DNA from: Tolypothrix carrinoi HA7290-LM1 | Lineage (GTDB): Bacteria > Cyanobacteriota > Cyanobacteriia > Cyanobacteriales > Nostocaceae | Assembly: GCA_019358935.1 (NCBI GenBank) | Contig: JAHHIK010000076.1 | Span: forward strand, 1 to 40,739 | Reading direction: 5' to 3' | Length of the DNA: 40,739 bases | Shown here: in pieces, positions 9,451-19,205 of the stretch | Layout: every line of letters starts with the position of its first letter | How positions within the stretch are numbered: position 1 is the stretch's first letter | Translations under genes and position numbers: made by a program | The notes under the pieces: generated by a model | The model's database searches: none | Told to the model about the DNA's origin: nothing | Seen by the model: only the letters and a program-made list of their open reading frames with translations

Positions 9451-10800
9451 TTATAATCTTTTTTGTTTGTTGAGGTAAAACCTGTTAATGAGATAAACCA
9501 GAACCGCAGAGGCAGATACACTTGATACCACTTCTGCTAGGGAACCGGCTGGATTCATCAAGCCCAGTCCAGGCAGAAACCAGGAAGCAAATCCTACCCA
9601 ATTACCAGAGAGTAATTTTTGTCCGGCTGTGATATCAAATACTCGTAGCACAGTGCCAAAAAGGATAAATCCGAAAACTACTCCCAATGTACCAAAGTTG
9701 AGATAGAACTCTAAAACATTTCCTACTCCTATACTAGTTCCAGGAGGAGTCTCTAAGCCTGTGTATCGGCTCACTAAGTCCCCACTACCCGCAGATATCG
9801 GTTTGTTGGGCCATAAAATACGGGGAACTACTGCTATTACTGCTTGCCCCAGCGTTTCGCCATCAGCAAATTTAGCCATACCTTCGGAGATGTGGTTGAT
9901 AGCCAGACCCACTCCAATATTCATATTTAGCCGACCATCAATTACTTCTAAATGTTGCTGTTTGTAGACATTAAAAAACTCGAAGTTAGTCATTGTTTTC
10001 CATACTTGCTCAATTCGTGACTCGGTACTTTGTCCACCCCAAACTTGAGCGCGGATTATATCGCGATCGCGAAAATAGGTAACTAAGACAGATAAACCTA
10101 AAAACATTACCAGCAATCCGATAATTAAGACTTTCCATCGGGGACGGTAAAAAGTGAATACGAATATCAGCACAATCAGAACTGCTGCTACGCCAAAACT
10201 AATAAAGCCTGCATTCACCATAGATAAAAAAGGTATACAGCAGGAAATCAACAGCCAGGATAGAAAGGCTTTGTTATCACTTATGCACCAAGCTTTCCAG
10301 CAAGCTAAACATAAACCCACAGACAACAGTGAGAAACCCGAACCTGTCAAGGCAGCGACGCTAGGAATTTTACTTAAAATTGGTCCGATAACAAAATAAA
10401 AAAGCAGCCCTAATAAAATGTAAGTTTTAGGTAACTTTAAGTTAGGCTGTTTTGGCATCTCCCGCAGCCAAGGGGGTTTGAAACTTCTTAGCAACCAGGG
10501 AGCAAGAAATACGCTGCCAAATCCGAATCCTATGACACCAAACACACTTACTTGAAAACCTGAAATCGTATTTTCTGGGGAGCAACCGACGCTAAGTAAG
10601 TAAGCAGACTGGGGATAGTACCACGGAAAGGAATAGATCATGGCTCCAAACCAGTGGTTTATCGATAGATTGAACAAATAACACAGTCCAAAGCCGACGC
10701 TGGGTAATTTTCTATTCCATTGACTGTAGACCACCAAACCCATCACTCCCACCCAGACGAATAGCCAGACAATTAACCACTGCCGCTCTACTGTAAACAT
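9451..10800 (-). CDS. Polytopic membrane protein, putative Wzy-type polysaccharide polymerase
   Basis: About 10 hydrophobic segments; large loop containing VPRILWPNKP, followed by EFYLNFGTLGV, the pattern typical of O-antigen polymerases. Confidence 0.72.
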   Translation of the reverse strand: MFTVERQWLIVWLFVWVGVMGLVVYSQWNRKLPSVGFGLCYLFNLSINHWFGAMIYSFPWYYPQSAYLLSVGCSPENTISGFQVSVFGVIGFGFGSVFLAPWLLRSFKPPWLREMPKQPNLKLPKTYILLGLLFYFVIGPILSKIPSVAALTGSGFSLLSVGLCLACWKAWCISDNKAFLSWLLISCCIPFLSMVNAGFISFGVAAVLIVLIFVFTFYRPRWKVLIIGLLVMFLGLSVLVTYFRDRDIIRAQVWGGQSTESRIEQVWKTMTNFEFFNVYKQQHLEVIDGRLNMNIGVGLAINHISEGMAKFADGETLGQAVIAVVPRILWPNKPISAGSGDLVSRYTGLETPPGTSIGVGNVLEFYLNFGTLGVVFGFILFGTVLRVFDITAGQKLLSGNWVGFASWFLPGLGLMNPAGSLAEVVSSVSASAVLVYLINRFYLNKQKRL

Positions 10801-10864
10801 AGTTACCCAAGCTTTTGTTTCATTTAACTCCTATAAATACTAACAAAGTCAGCAAATATATTTC

Positions 10865-11788
10865 TTACTCATCAATCATCTTTAATTGCTTTTGACATGC
10901 TCTCAAACTGCCCAACAACATAAAAAATACTTGGAAAGATTGCCAAACTCTCTGAGTATTTAGTGTAATTAAAGATTTAACTAGCCGTCGGAAAATAAAC
11001 CTCATTCTTTGCAGATAAATATAAAACAAATCGTGAGACTCTAAAAAAGTAATATATTTGGGGATAATTTGCAAAAATTCTCTAATATCTCGATGAGTTT
11101 GGAACGATTTAGAAGACACACTTCCTACATGTTGCCTATATAAAATTAATGTTCTAGGTATGTACTCTACAGACCATCCGCTCTGAAGACAGCGCAATAG
11201 CCATTCCCAATCACCTAGTTGTGGCAGGTTCGGGTCAAAGCATCCACAATCTTCAAAAGCTTTAACTCGAATAGCACAGCCTGATATATGCCACCAGCAA
11301 CCTTTCAATAAAGTACCTTTGATAGCATCATTATTACCTTCTATTACTTCGATTTTTTGGCTGGGGTCATCTTCTCCCGGTTCTATAGAACCATCAGACA
11401 TTAAATTATCCCAACTTGAGCAAATACTGCCTACGTTGTCTGGACAAACTTCTATTCTTGACACCATCATTTCCAGCCAATTTGGTTTAGCTATATCATC
11501 TGAATGCAATAGCAAAACCCAGTCTATAGAGTCTCTAATTAGTGTCATAGCTCGGTTAACGTTGCCTCGTTCACCGACATTTTTATTTGCTGGAAAAACC
11601 TGTAATGGAATTAGGGACTGCCAACTTGCTTCTGCCAATGCTATAGTGCGATCGCTTGAACAATCATCGGCAATATAAACAGCAGAAATTTTCTTGACCC
11701 ATTCACGCTGACTTTGAATAGATTCAAGGGTATAACTAATAGTATCTTCATTATTAAAACTGGGAATTAAAATTGCTATATTTATCAT
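10865..11788 (-). CDS. Glycosyltransferase family 2
   Basis: IPSFN, DDCSSDRT, LHSDD, GDWEWLLR. Confidence 0.9.
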   Translation of the reverse strand: MINIAILIPSFNNEDTISYTLESIQSQREWVKKISAVYIADDCSSDRTIALAEASWQSLIPLQVFPANKNVGERGNVNRAMTLIRDSIDWVLLLHSDDIAKPNWLEMMVSRIEVCPDNVGSICSSWDNLMSDGSIEPGEDDPSQKIEVIEGNNDAIKGTLLKGCWWHISGCAIRVKAFEDCGCFDPNLPQLGDWEWLLRCLQSGWSVEYIPRTLILYRQHVGSVSSKSFQTHRDIREFLQIIPKYITFLESHDLFYIYLQRMRFIFRRLVKSLITLNTQRVWQSFQVFFMLLGSLRACQKQLKMIDE

Positions 11789-11809
11789 TTTGTTCTAATC
11801 AATAATTGA

Positions 11810-12667
11810 CTATTTTTTTGTAATTAGCAGACCAAAGGTTGAGCGATCGCGATAAAATACTACTCCGTTTTTATAATCGCTTTTCTGCCGCAGATAGTTG
11901 ACAATCTCTTGGGAACATACGGGATAAACAGCATCGCAATCTGTGATAAATTCCGGGAATTGCAGACACCTAGGTTCAATCAAAACAGGAAAATAAAATG
12001 AACCACTTTCGATTTGCTTTCTGCGTCGCGAACGCATTCGGTGTAGGCGCACACGACTATCATAAAAAGTTATTAGTGCATCCAGGAGTTTGCCTTGTGC
12101 TAATTTTGTCCTTCCAGTTCCATAGCTGAAACCACTTTTTTCAGAAGGCATAGCGTTGGCATCAAAATCTGGAGCGATGGTAATCAAACTTCCCCCTGGT
12201 TTGAGAACTCTCCATGCTTCATCTAAAAAACAATTAGGAAAGACAAGATGTTCTATGACAAACATTGAGAGAACAACATCAAACGATGCAGGTGCAAATG
12301 GTAGTTTATCTGCACTAGCCGCTACGAAATTAAAATCTTGCCTTCCTTCCCACATATCTGCGCTTAAATCAACACCTGTGTAATTGGCATTTTTGACGCG
12401 AGAACATATTTCTTGGGCAGCACTTCCATCACCGCAACCGACTTCTAACACAGAAGACTCATCTGGGATAAGTTTGCACATAGCTAATTGAGCATCGTGT
12501 GCCCCTTGCTGCCAATGCACGTTCAAACCTTTAATCCAATTGCTGTGGTAAGGGGATGTTAAGTAATAGTTAGACATCCGATGCTTAAACTGTGTTAAAG
12601 CATCTTGGTTATTTGAATCGATAGATGATAAGTAGGGGCTATTTGATGTTTTGCTCATGAGTGACAT
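11810..12667 (-). CDS. Class I SAM-dependent methyltransferase
   Basis: VLEVGCGDG, GVDLS, LPFAPASFDVV, RVLKPGG. Confidence 0.9.
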   Translation of the reverse strand: MSLMSKTSNSPYLSSIDSNNQDALTQFKHRMSNYYLTSPYHSNWIKGLNVHWQQGAHDAQLAMCKLIPDESSVLEVGCGDGSAAQEICSRVKNANYTGVDLSADMWEGRQDFNFVAASADKLPFAPASFDVVLSMFVIEHLVFPNCFLDEAWRVLKPGGSLITIAPDFDANAMPSEKSGFSYGTGRTKLAQGKLLDALITFYDSRVRLHRMRSRRRKQIESGSFYFPVLIEPRCLQFPEFITDCDAVYPVCSQEIVNYLRQKSDYKNGVVFYRDRSTFGLLITKK

Positions 12668-12749
12668 AATTTATCATGAATGTTCATTAACTTTGAAATT
12701 TGGGCAGTTCAGCATTCGGATATTGTTTAAAACAATAAAACAAAGAAAC

Positions 12750-13691
12750 TTAGATACTTGTGAATGCTAATTTGATATTATGAATTAGTAAATCGGGAAC
12801 TGTCATTGATTCAGGATCTAACCCTCCTTCAAATATACTCTGGCTAATATCAGCAGGAAAAACACCTGCATGGAAATGTGCTGGATGCCAGATAGTCGGG
12901 CATTGTCCTAAATATGAAGCCCAACTGCTAAATGTGCTGCCTGAAGAAGTAATCAAAAGCTTGCTTCTAGACAAGGTAAGCATATCGGAGAGAGCAGAAG
13001 CAGCAGTTGCACGGGAAACTTGAGGAAGTTTTAACAGTTCATCAAGTTCGCGATCGTAACCGTCTGAAAATATAGTTACAGGCACATCATAACCAGCAAT
13101 TTTACGAGTTACATCAATCACCTGAATAAACCAACTCAAAGGTGTGCGAACATTACCTAATTTAGTAAAGTCATCTTCCGGTTTAAGTTTTCTAAAGTCT
13201 CCCATTCTAATATGAATGCCGATTTCTGGGGTTGGGCGATTTAAAATGGCTTCAAATACTGACGGACGAATGATAGAATACAGTTTCTGCTTAATCAGAG
13301 GTTGATATTCTTTTAATTCAGCAAAGTAGTCACTCCAATGTGGTAGTTGATTAAAAATAAATAGATGCAAATCTACATTTTGTGATTTTAAATGAGATGA
13401 TTCTATTTTAGATATTGCTGGATTATTGTGAAGATATTTTTTTTGAAAAATTGCCAGAGAATATTTCCATCGTGACTCATAATTTTTCTGATAAAAGAGA
13501 TGACCATAATACCTTTTATCTCGTTCACCTCTTAAATAAGGACCAATGGCAATTTTGCCCCAAACAGGTGCAACAATAGGCAGGTGATTTATATCCGCAA
13601 ACAAAACTGCCTTTGCCCAAACTAAAAGCATGTTGCCTAAGCCGGCTTTGGGTAATTGGGGATAAACTAGTAAAGTAGGTTGTTTGGACAT
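12750..13691 (-). CDS. GT11-like (alpha-1,2-fucosyltransferase family) glycosyltransferase
   Basis: GLGNML, IGIHIRMGDF (HxRxxD), IFSD, STFSSWASYL. Confidence 0.75.
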   Translation of the reverse strand: MSKQPTLLVYPQLPKAGLGNMLLVWAKAVLFADINHLPIVAPVWGKIAIGPYLRGERDKRYYGHLFYQKNYESRWKYSLAIFQKKYLHNNPAISKIESSHLKSQNVDLHLFIFNQLPHWSDYFAELKEYQPLIKQKLYSIIRPSVFEAILNRPTPEIGIHIRMGDFRKLKPEDDFTKLGNVRTPLSWFIQVIDVTRKIAGYDVPVTIFSDGYDRELDELLKLPQVSRATAASALSDMLTLSRSKLLITSSGSTFSSWASYLGQCPTIWHPAHFHAGVFPADISQSIFEGGLDPESMTVPDLLIHNIKLAFTSI

Positions 13692-13727
13692 GTTTACCCT
13701 AGCCAGTCAAAAGTTTTTGGCATTACT

Positions 13728-14330
13728 TCACTTGACAATAATTAACTGATCTAAGTGAACAGTTATTTCATAATCATGAAAATACTCTTCTGCTGCTTTC
13801 AGTAATTCAAATTTTGTGGGAAAACTTGACTCGGTTCCAAATGAACGAAAATCATCAACAACAATACACCTAATTTTGTGTTTGTGTTGAGCAAGTATTT
13901 TTATTTCTTCAATTCCTGGTTCTGGTATTTCTCCACATGCAGTTATCCCACCCGAAAAGTGACCATCTAGAAATACCAGCGCATCGTTAATTTTTTCACG
14001 CTCTAATAATTGAGGCAATACTTCTAAAGCATCTCCTTGAATAACTTCAACGTTTTTGTTATTAGATAAAAAACTTTTGGCTTGTTCGGCAAGTTCTTTA
14101 TCAAGCTCAATTGTGTAGACTTGATTGAAAATGGGGGCACATCTTTTGGTGGTTACACCTAAATAAGTTCCAGTTTCGACAAAAACACTGGCGTTTGTTC
14201 TTTTTTTCAGGCTTTTAATCTGGCGAAATTTTGTATAGCTATGGGGATTTTTAAATTTGAATGATGCCAACAGATAAAGGTCTAGTATGTGTCCGGCAAT
14301 AGCTTGTATATCCTGATTTTGCTTGTTCAT
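13728..14330 (-). CDS. Putative SAM-dependent methyltransferase
   Basis: FVETGTYLG, YTIELD, QGDA, FLDGH, VVDD. Confidence 0.75.
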   Translation of the reverse strand: MNKQNQDIQAIAGHILDLYLLASFKFKNPHSYTKFRQIKSLKKRTNASVFVETGTYLGVTTKRCAPIFNQVYTIELDKELAEQAKSFLSNNKNVEVIQGDALEVLPQLLEREKINDALVFLDGHFSGGITACGEIPEPGIEEIKILAQHKHKIRCIVVDDFRSFGTESSFPTKFELLKAAEEYFHDYEITVHLDQLIIVK

Positions 14331-14365
14331 TTTGGGGCTGATAAATTCATTTATTAAGTTAATTT

Positions 14366-15526
14366 TTAGGCAGATACAGACGGCAAAATATTTAAATATT
14401 CACTGCTAATTCTCTGTCCATAGTCATCCCAATCAAGAGATTTGCGAGCTTGTGCTAAAGCATTATTCCCCATTTCAACTTGCTTATCTGGGTTGTCATA
14501 TAACCAAATAATTTTTTCTTTGAGAGCTTCTACATCCCGAATAGGAACACAAAAACCATCAATGCCATCTCGCACAATATCTTCACCACCAGTATTAGTT
14601 GTATGAATAACTGGCAGTCCACAAGCCATTGCTTGCGGAATCACCATGCCAAAACCATCTTCAATCGAAGCCAGACAAAATACCGAGCATTGAGAGTAGA
14701 AAAAACGTAGTTGGCTTTGAGGGTGATTGCCTTTGAGAATAATGCGATCGCTTTGATATTTGGCTAAAAAAGGCTCGATTTCTAAAGAGATTGTACCCAC
14801 CAGCCACAATTCAGCTTCGGGTAGATTCAACTCATAAAAAGCTTGCAATAAATACTGCACACCTTTACGCAGAGTTATACCACCACAGTGAATGACTCGA
14901 AAGATATTATCTTGTTTTGGCTCTGGATAAAATTCTGCTGTATTAGTCCCATAGGGAACGTGAATAAGTTTACTTTCTGGTATTCCTTGTTCTAAAAAAG
15001 TCCGCTTGACAAATACGCTGGGGATGGCAATTTTGTCTGTATCACTATATGATTGAATTTCTCTGTCGTATATTCCGGGATGAGTTTCTGTAAATTGCAA
15101 TCCCCACTTTTCATACTCCTCTTGGAGGATTGCTGTTTGGTACTGCATATGGCTGCTTCCACGTTCAATTATTGTTTTAGCGCCCATTTTTTGAGCGCGA
15201 TACATAGACCAAAAACAACATCCCGACCATCCCACAAATATATCAAATCCTGGTGAGAGAGCGCTAACAACTGAACGATCAAACTGTTCTATAAACCATA
15301 GCTGTAAATTGCGATCGCCTTTAAGCCAACTAGGTACTCGCTGCCAACTTCGAGATAGAACTTCCCAATACAATAGAGAATTAATCAAATATTTATCAAT
15401 ACCATATTTAGTGATTTCAAAAGTTGGATAACTAGAAATTAATTTGTATAAATAACCGGATTTTTGCAATTGTTGGGCTAAGTTGAAGGCATGAAACCTT
15501 CCAAATACTGAAACAGTAACTTTCAT
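14366..15526 (-). CDS. Glycosyltransferase family 4
   Basis: GRFHAF, LRKGVQYL, SIEDGFGMVIPQAMACG. Confidence 0.92.
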   Translation of the reverse strand: MKVTVSVFGRFHAFNLAQQLQKSGYLYKLISSYPTFEITKYGIDKYLINSLLYWEVLSRSWQRVPSWLKGDRNLQLWFIEQFDRSVVSALSPGFDIFVGWSGCCFWSMYRAQKMGAKTIIERGSSHMQYQTAILQEEYEKWGLQFTETHPGIYDREIQSYSDTDKIAIPSVFVKRTFLEQGIPESKLIHVPYGTNTAEFYPEPKQDNIFRVIHCGGITLRKGVQYLLQAFYELNLPEAELWLVGTISLEIEPFLAKYQSDRIILKGNHPQSQLRFFYSQCSVFCLASIEDGFGMVIPQAMACGLPVIHTTNTGGEDIVRDGIDGFCVPIRDVEALKEKIIWLYDNPDKQVEMGNNALAQARKSLDWDDYGQRISSEYLNILPSVSA

Positions 15527-15566
15527 TTTTTAATTTTAATTTGTAATTTTATCATAGCTATACCTT

Positions 15567-16619
15567 TTATGAGTGCAAAACCTTAACGTCACTGGATGGA
15601 GAAGATTTCAATTGTTGATACAAGTTAGCAAGTTCTGTGATTCTATCAGCAATTTTATGTTTTAGTGCCTGATGATATCCTGCTTGAGCAATAAATTTAA
15701 TTTTTTCAGGGTTTTGTAAAAGATATGCAACTTTATTTCTTAATTCTTCAGGATTAGAAAAATAAACTGCTTCTTTATCTTCTACAAATAGATTCAATAA
15801 TTCTCTACTTCGCTCGCTCAACATCAGCGTTTGTGTAGCCGGAATTTCAAAGGTTCTAATATTATGTCCCTCTTCATTTTGCGGACGTAAAATATTTAAA
15901 CCCATTTTGGCAGAGCCTAAAATTTCCGGAATTTCTGCATAACTGCACATTCCCTGGCACAGATTTTTTAATGCAGGTTCTTGACAATGAGTATTCCAGT
16001 AATTAGACCCCCACAGCCCTAATTTATAATCAGCGATCGCTTTCAAATACTGCTCGCGTTTGCGGCTAACATCCCAATTACCGATAAACGCTACATCATA
16101 AGCTGGGTTACTCTGCTTTTTGGGAAAGTGATATTCAACATCGCTACAAAAAGGATGAAACACTGCCTTTTTGACATTATTTTCAGTTAAGCGCTCAACT
16201 AATTCTCGGCTCCAGATTAAAGCTGCATCCCACAAGATTAACCCCCCCTTGACCCAGGAATTACTGTGGGTGTGATGTGCATCTAGGGGATTATCTGTAA
16301 AAAAGACAAAGACTAAACCATGCTGCTGCAAAGCTTGTATGCTGCTAGGAGCAAGCAAATCTGGTGAAGTAACCACAGTTAAATCAGGCTGAAACTGATT
16401 GCCTATCTCAACTAATTTCTGATTTGCGGTTTTAGCTCGTAGTTGCCATGCAAGTCGCCAAGTTACTTTATCCCACAACAAACCGGAAACTAAGCTGGGT
16501 GCTGCTTCGTGCCAAGTGAAATGTTGAACTTCACAACCAAGTGCCGAAAATCCTCGTCCGTAAAGTTCCTCAGTACGACCTAATTCCAGCGTTTGTCCGA
16601 CAATCAAAACTTTTTTCAT
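15567..16619 (-). CDS. CgeB/Glyco_trans_1_2-type glycosyltransferase
   Basis: YDVAFIG, LNILR..HNIRTFEIPA, IAQAGY. Confidence 0.85.
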   Translation of the reverse strand: MKKVLIVGQTLELGRTEELYGRGFSALGCEVQHFTWHEAAPSLVSGLLWDKVTWRLAWQLRAKTANQKLVEIGNQFQPDLTVVTSPDLLAPSSIQALQQHGLVFVFFTDNPLDAHHTHSNSWVKGGLILWDAALIWSRELVERLTENNVKKAVFHPFCSDVEYHFPKKQSNPAYDVAFIGNWDVSRKREQYLKAIADYKLGLWGSNYWNTHCQEPALKNLCQGMCSYAEIPEILGSAKMGLNILRPQNEEGHNIRTFEIPATQTLMLSERSRELLNLFVEDKEAVYFSNPEELRNKVAYLLQNPEKIKFIAQAGYHQALKHKIADRITELANLYQQLKSSPSSDVKVLHS

Positions 16620-17800
16620 TCAGCCACCTTATACTTGAGGTAATTTAAAGCTTGTTTGAGTCCCTGGATATCTTCTTGATAGCTCCATTTTTGAATTTGT
16701 TTGAGGCTGATATTTCCAGCTGTTTGGTGGTCGATGCAAAAGCGAATTGCCTCTGCTAAATCCGTAATTTCTCCTACGGTAAAAATCCGTCCATTTTGCC
16801 CTTCCCTCACCAAATCAGGGGCACAACCAACGCGATCGCTAACAACAACAGCTTTGCCTGCATTCATCACTTCATTGATTGCCAATCCCCAAGGTTCAAA
16901 ATTAGATGGTAAAACAAATACGTCACACAAATCGTAAATTGCAGGCATTTCTGATTGATTGCGAAAACCCAAAAAGCGAATTGACTGCCAATTTGTTTTT
17001 TTCGCTTCGGCTTCTAAAGTTAAGCGCAAAATGCCATCTCCCACAAATAACAAATAAGGTTTTGGTTCGATCCCATCAGATGAAAGCAAGCGATAAGCTG
17101 CAAGCAAATCTTGCGGACGTTTCACCTCAATCAGTTTAGCAGCGTAGAGAATAATCGGTCTACCAAAATCTAAATTAAGCGATCGCCGCAGTTCTTCACG
17201 GTTGGGACGTGCTAACATTACTCGCTGCTGAAAATAGTCATTGTCAACCGCATAAGGCACGCAAAACAGGCGATCGTCCTCAACACCATAGTTTTTATAA
17301 AATTGACGGTTGAGAGTTCCGATGTAGAGAAATGCTGCAATCTTCGGAAATAGCCAGTTCAAAAAAGCTCTTTTCGCCCTTTTTTTCAAAGGATGAGTTG
17401 GTTCCCCCAAACCACTAGTTTCTCCCCGCAGCAACACTGGAATACCTAAGCGATTGGCTGCCAACACTACTTGGATGCTGCAAAGCCAAGACCATCCATG
17501 CACCCAAACAGCATCAAATTGTCCTTGTTTTAACTGTTTGCTAATATCTTTGGCTAGGGATTGTTGGGACATTTGTTGCTGCTTGCTACCCCAAGAGTTT
17601 AAAAAACAGTAATCATAACCTTCTATTAGTGGCACATCCCACTCAATTACACGTCCAAATCCCAAATCTTGATAAGGTTTTAAAGAAAAATCACTGTAGA
17701 AAAAAACTTTCAGTTCAATTTCTGGATCGGCGGCTATGAGTCGCAATAAAGGAGCTTGATATTGAATCGGATGAGATACAAAGTAAGCAATACGCAGCAT
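16616..17800 (-). CDS. Glycosyltransferase family 4
   Basis: SHPIQYQAP, KRPQDL, PSNFEPWGLAINEVMNAG. Confidence 0.92.
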   Translation of the reverse strand: MLRIAYFVSHPIQYQAPLLRLIAADPEIELKVFFYSDFSLKPYQDLGFGRVIEWDVPLIEGYDYCFLNSWGSKQQQMSQQSLAKDISKQLKQGQFDAVWVHGWSWLCSIQVVLAANRLGIPVLLRGETSGLGEPTHPLKKRAKRAFLNWLFPKIAAFLYIGTLNRQFYKNYGVEDDRLFCVPYAVDNDYFQQRVMLARPNREELRRSLNLDFGRPIILYAAKLIEVKRPQDLLAAYRLLSSDGIEPKPYLLFVGDGILRLTLEAEAKKTNWQSIRFLGFRNQSEMPAIYDLCDVFVLPSNFEPWGLAINEVMNAGKAVVVSDRVGCAPDLVREGQNGRIFTVGEITDLAEAIRFCIDHQTAGNISLKQIQKWSYQEDIQGLKQALNYLKYKVAE

Positions 17801-17863
17801 AAGTTAAAATTTTAATCTAAAAGTATGGCGATCGCTAAACAAAATGATGAGATAAATTTATTT

Positions 17864-19003
17864 TCATGAGATTTTATTCATCTGATTTTTCACGGCTTCA
17901 AATTGAGTCTCATAATTCCATTTTTCTAAGATGCATTGCCGACCGCGATCGCCCATTTCTCGCATTTCAACCGGATGCTCTAAATACCACTTTAAAGCAG
18001 CAGCAATACTTTCTGGGTCTTCAGGATTACAAGCTAATCCGTAACCAGGTTCAACATACATTTGCTTCCAATCGGGTAAATCTGAAACTAGCAATGTTAA
18101 ACCGCAAGCGAGGTAGTCAAAAGGCTTGTTAGAAGCACCCACCATGCGTTGCAGGTTAATATCTTGGCTACTTATCGGCATGAATCCCAGCCCAATATCA
18201 CAGTCCAAGCTTTTTTGCAATAGTTCATATCTAGGCATAGCGCCAAGAAATTCAACTTGCTTGCCAATTCCCAATTGTTCAGCGATATCTCGCAATTGTT
18301 GTGTATAATTTTGATGACCTACTGTGTCATAGCCAATCACGCGCAATTTGACATTATCGGGCAGCATTACCAGAGCTTTTAATACGGCTGTTGGTAGTCG
18401 CGATGGCACGATGGAGCCGTGGTATAAAATTTGCAAATTATCACTTTTAGGAAATGAGCGCTTGGCGATCGCTTCAGTCTGAGTGGGACAATTCCAGACG
18501 CATAAAAGCTTGCTAGAAGCGTTGGTTTCTAAAGCAAACTGTTCTACCCGCTGTTGATTTGGCAAAATGCACATCTTCGCTTTGCTTGCCAACCATCTGC
18601 GAGTTCTCAAACAAAAGCGAATAAAAAAGCTTGAAGATGTATCATTTGGCGAGTCATGTTCGTGATAAATAACATTGACACCCGGCAGAAAACTTAACAG
18701 CAAAGCCACAGGGCAAGATAACAAATCAGAGGCATATACCCATCGCGGTTGCCAGCGTAATGTTTCAATTAACACCCAAAGACAAAATTGCAGATAATGC
18801 AATTTCTGTCGCCAACCAGACGAACAATAGGGCATTAGTTGTACAGTGATGTTGGGATGGGGTGGAAAGCGCAAAGCATCTGTTCCCAGCGCTTTTGTAC
18901 CGAGAAAAAGTACTTCCCAGCCATCAAGTGCTAGTATCCAAGAACTTTGTTGAAGGGGTGGGTATCCGGCTGGATTCGTATATTGAATGTATAAAATTTT
19001 CAT
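17864..19003 (-). CDS. Glycosyltransferase family 4 (WbuB-like motif)
   Basis: YHEHD, LYHGSI, ASNKPFDYLACG. Confidence 0.88.
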   Translation of the reverse strand: MKILYIQYTNPAGYPPLQQSSWILALDGWEVLFLGTKALGTDALRFPPHPNITVQLMPYCSSGWRQKLHYLQFCLWVLIETLRWQPRWVYASDLLSCPVALLLSFLPGVNVIYHEHDSPNDTSSSFFIRFCLRTRRWLASKAKMCILPNQQRVEQFALETNASSKLLCVWNCPTQTEAIAKRSFPKSDNLQILYHGSIVPSRLPTAVLKALVMLPDNVKLRVIGYDTVGHQNYTQQLRDIAEQLGIGKQVEFLGAMPRYELLQKSLDCDIGLGFMPISSQDINLQRMVGASNKPFDYLACGLTLLVSDLPDWKQMYVEPGYGLACNPEDPESIAAALKWYLEHPVEMREMGDRGRQCILEKWNYETQFEAVKNQMNKIS

Positions 19004-19017
19004 AATTTTACCAAATT

Positions 19018-19205
19018 AGGGTGTCGGGGGCAGGGTGTGGGGTATGGGGAAAGAAAAAATCCGCATTTGGGTGGGTTCAAAGCCTACCAAAAGATTCATA
19101 TGCCCAATCGAGACACGTAGTGCGTAGAAATACGGTATCCTCAACGTGCATCCCACGCTTTAAAGCGTGGGTTCCCCACACCCTACACCCCACACCCCAC
19201 ACCCT
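19018..19205. repeat. Composite repeat: inverted GGGGTGT/ACACCCC heptamer arms around a core with a perfect 20-bp palindrome
   Basis: Left arm AGGGTGTCGGGGGCAGGGTGTGGGGTATGGGG; right arm CCCCACACCCTACACCCCACACCCCACACCCT; palindrome CCCACGCTTTAAAGCGTGGG at 19152-19171. Confidence 0.8.

Noticed and set aside
237..13691. True Nod-factor or aminoglycoside biosynthesis cluster
   Set aside because: No NodA/B/C-like or aminocyclitol synthase genes; the Wzt/Wzy context indicates a surface polysaccharide
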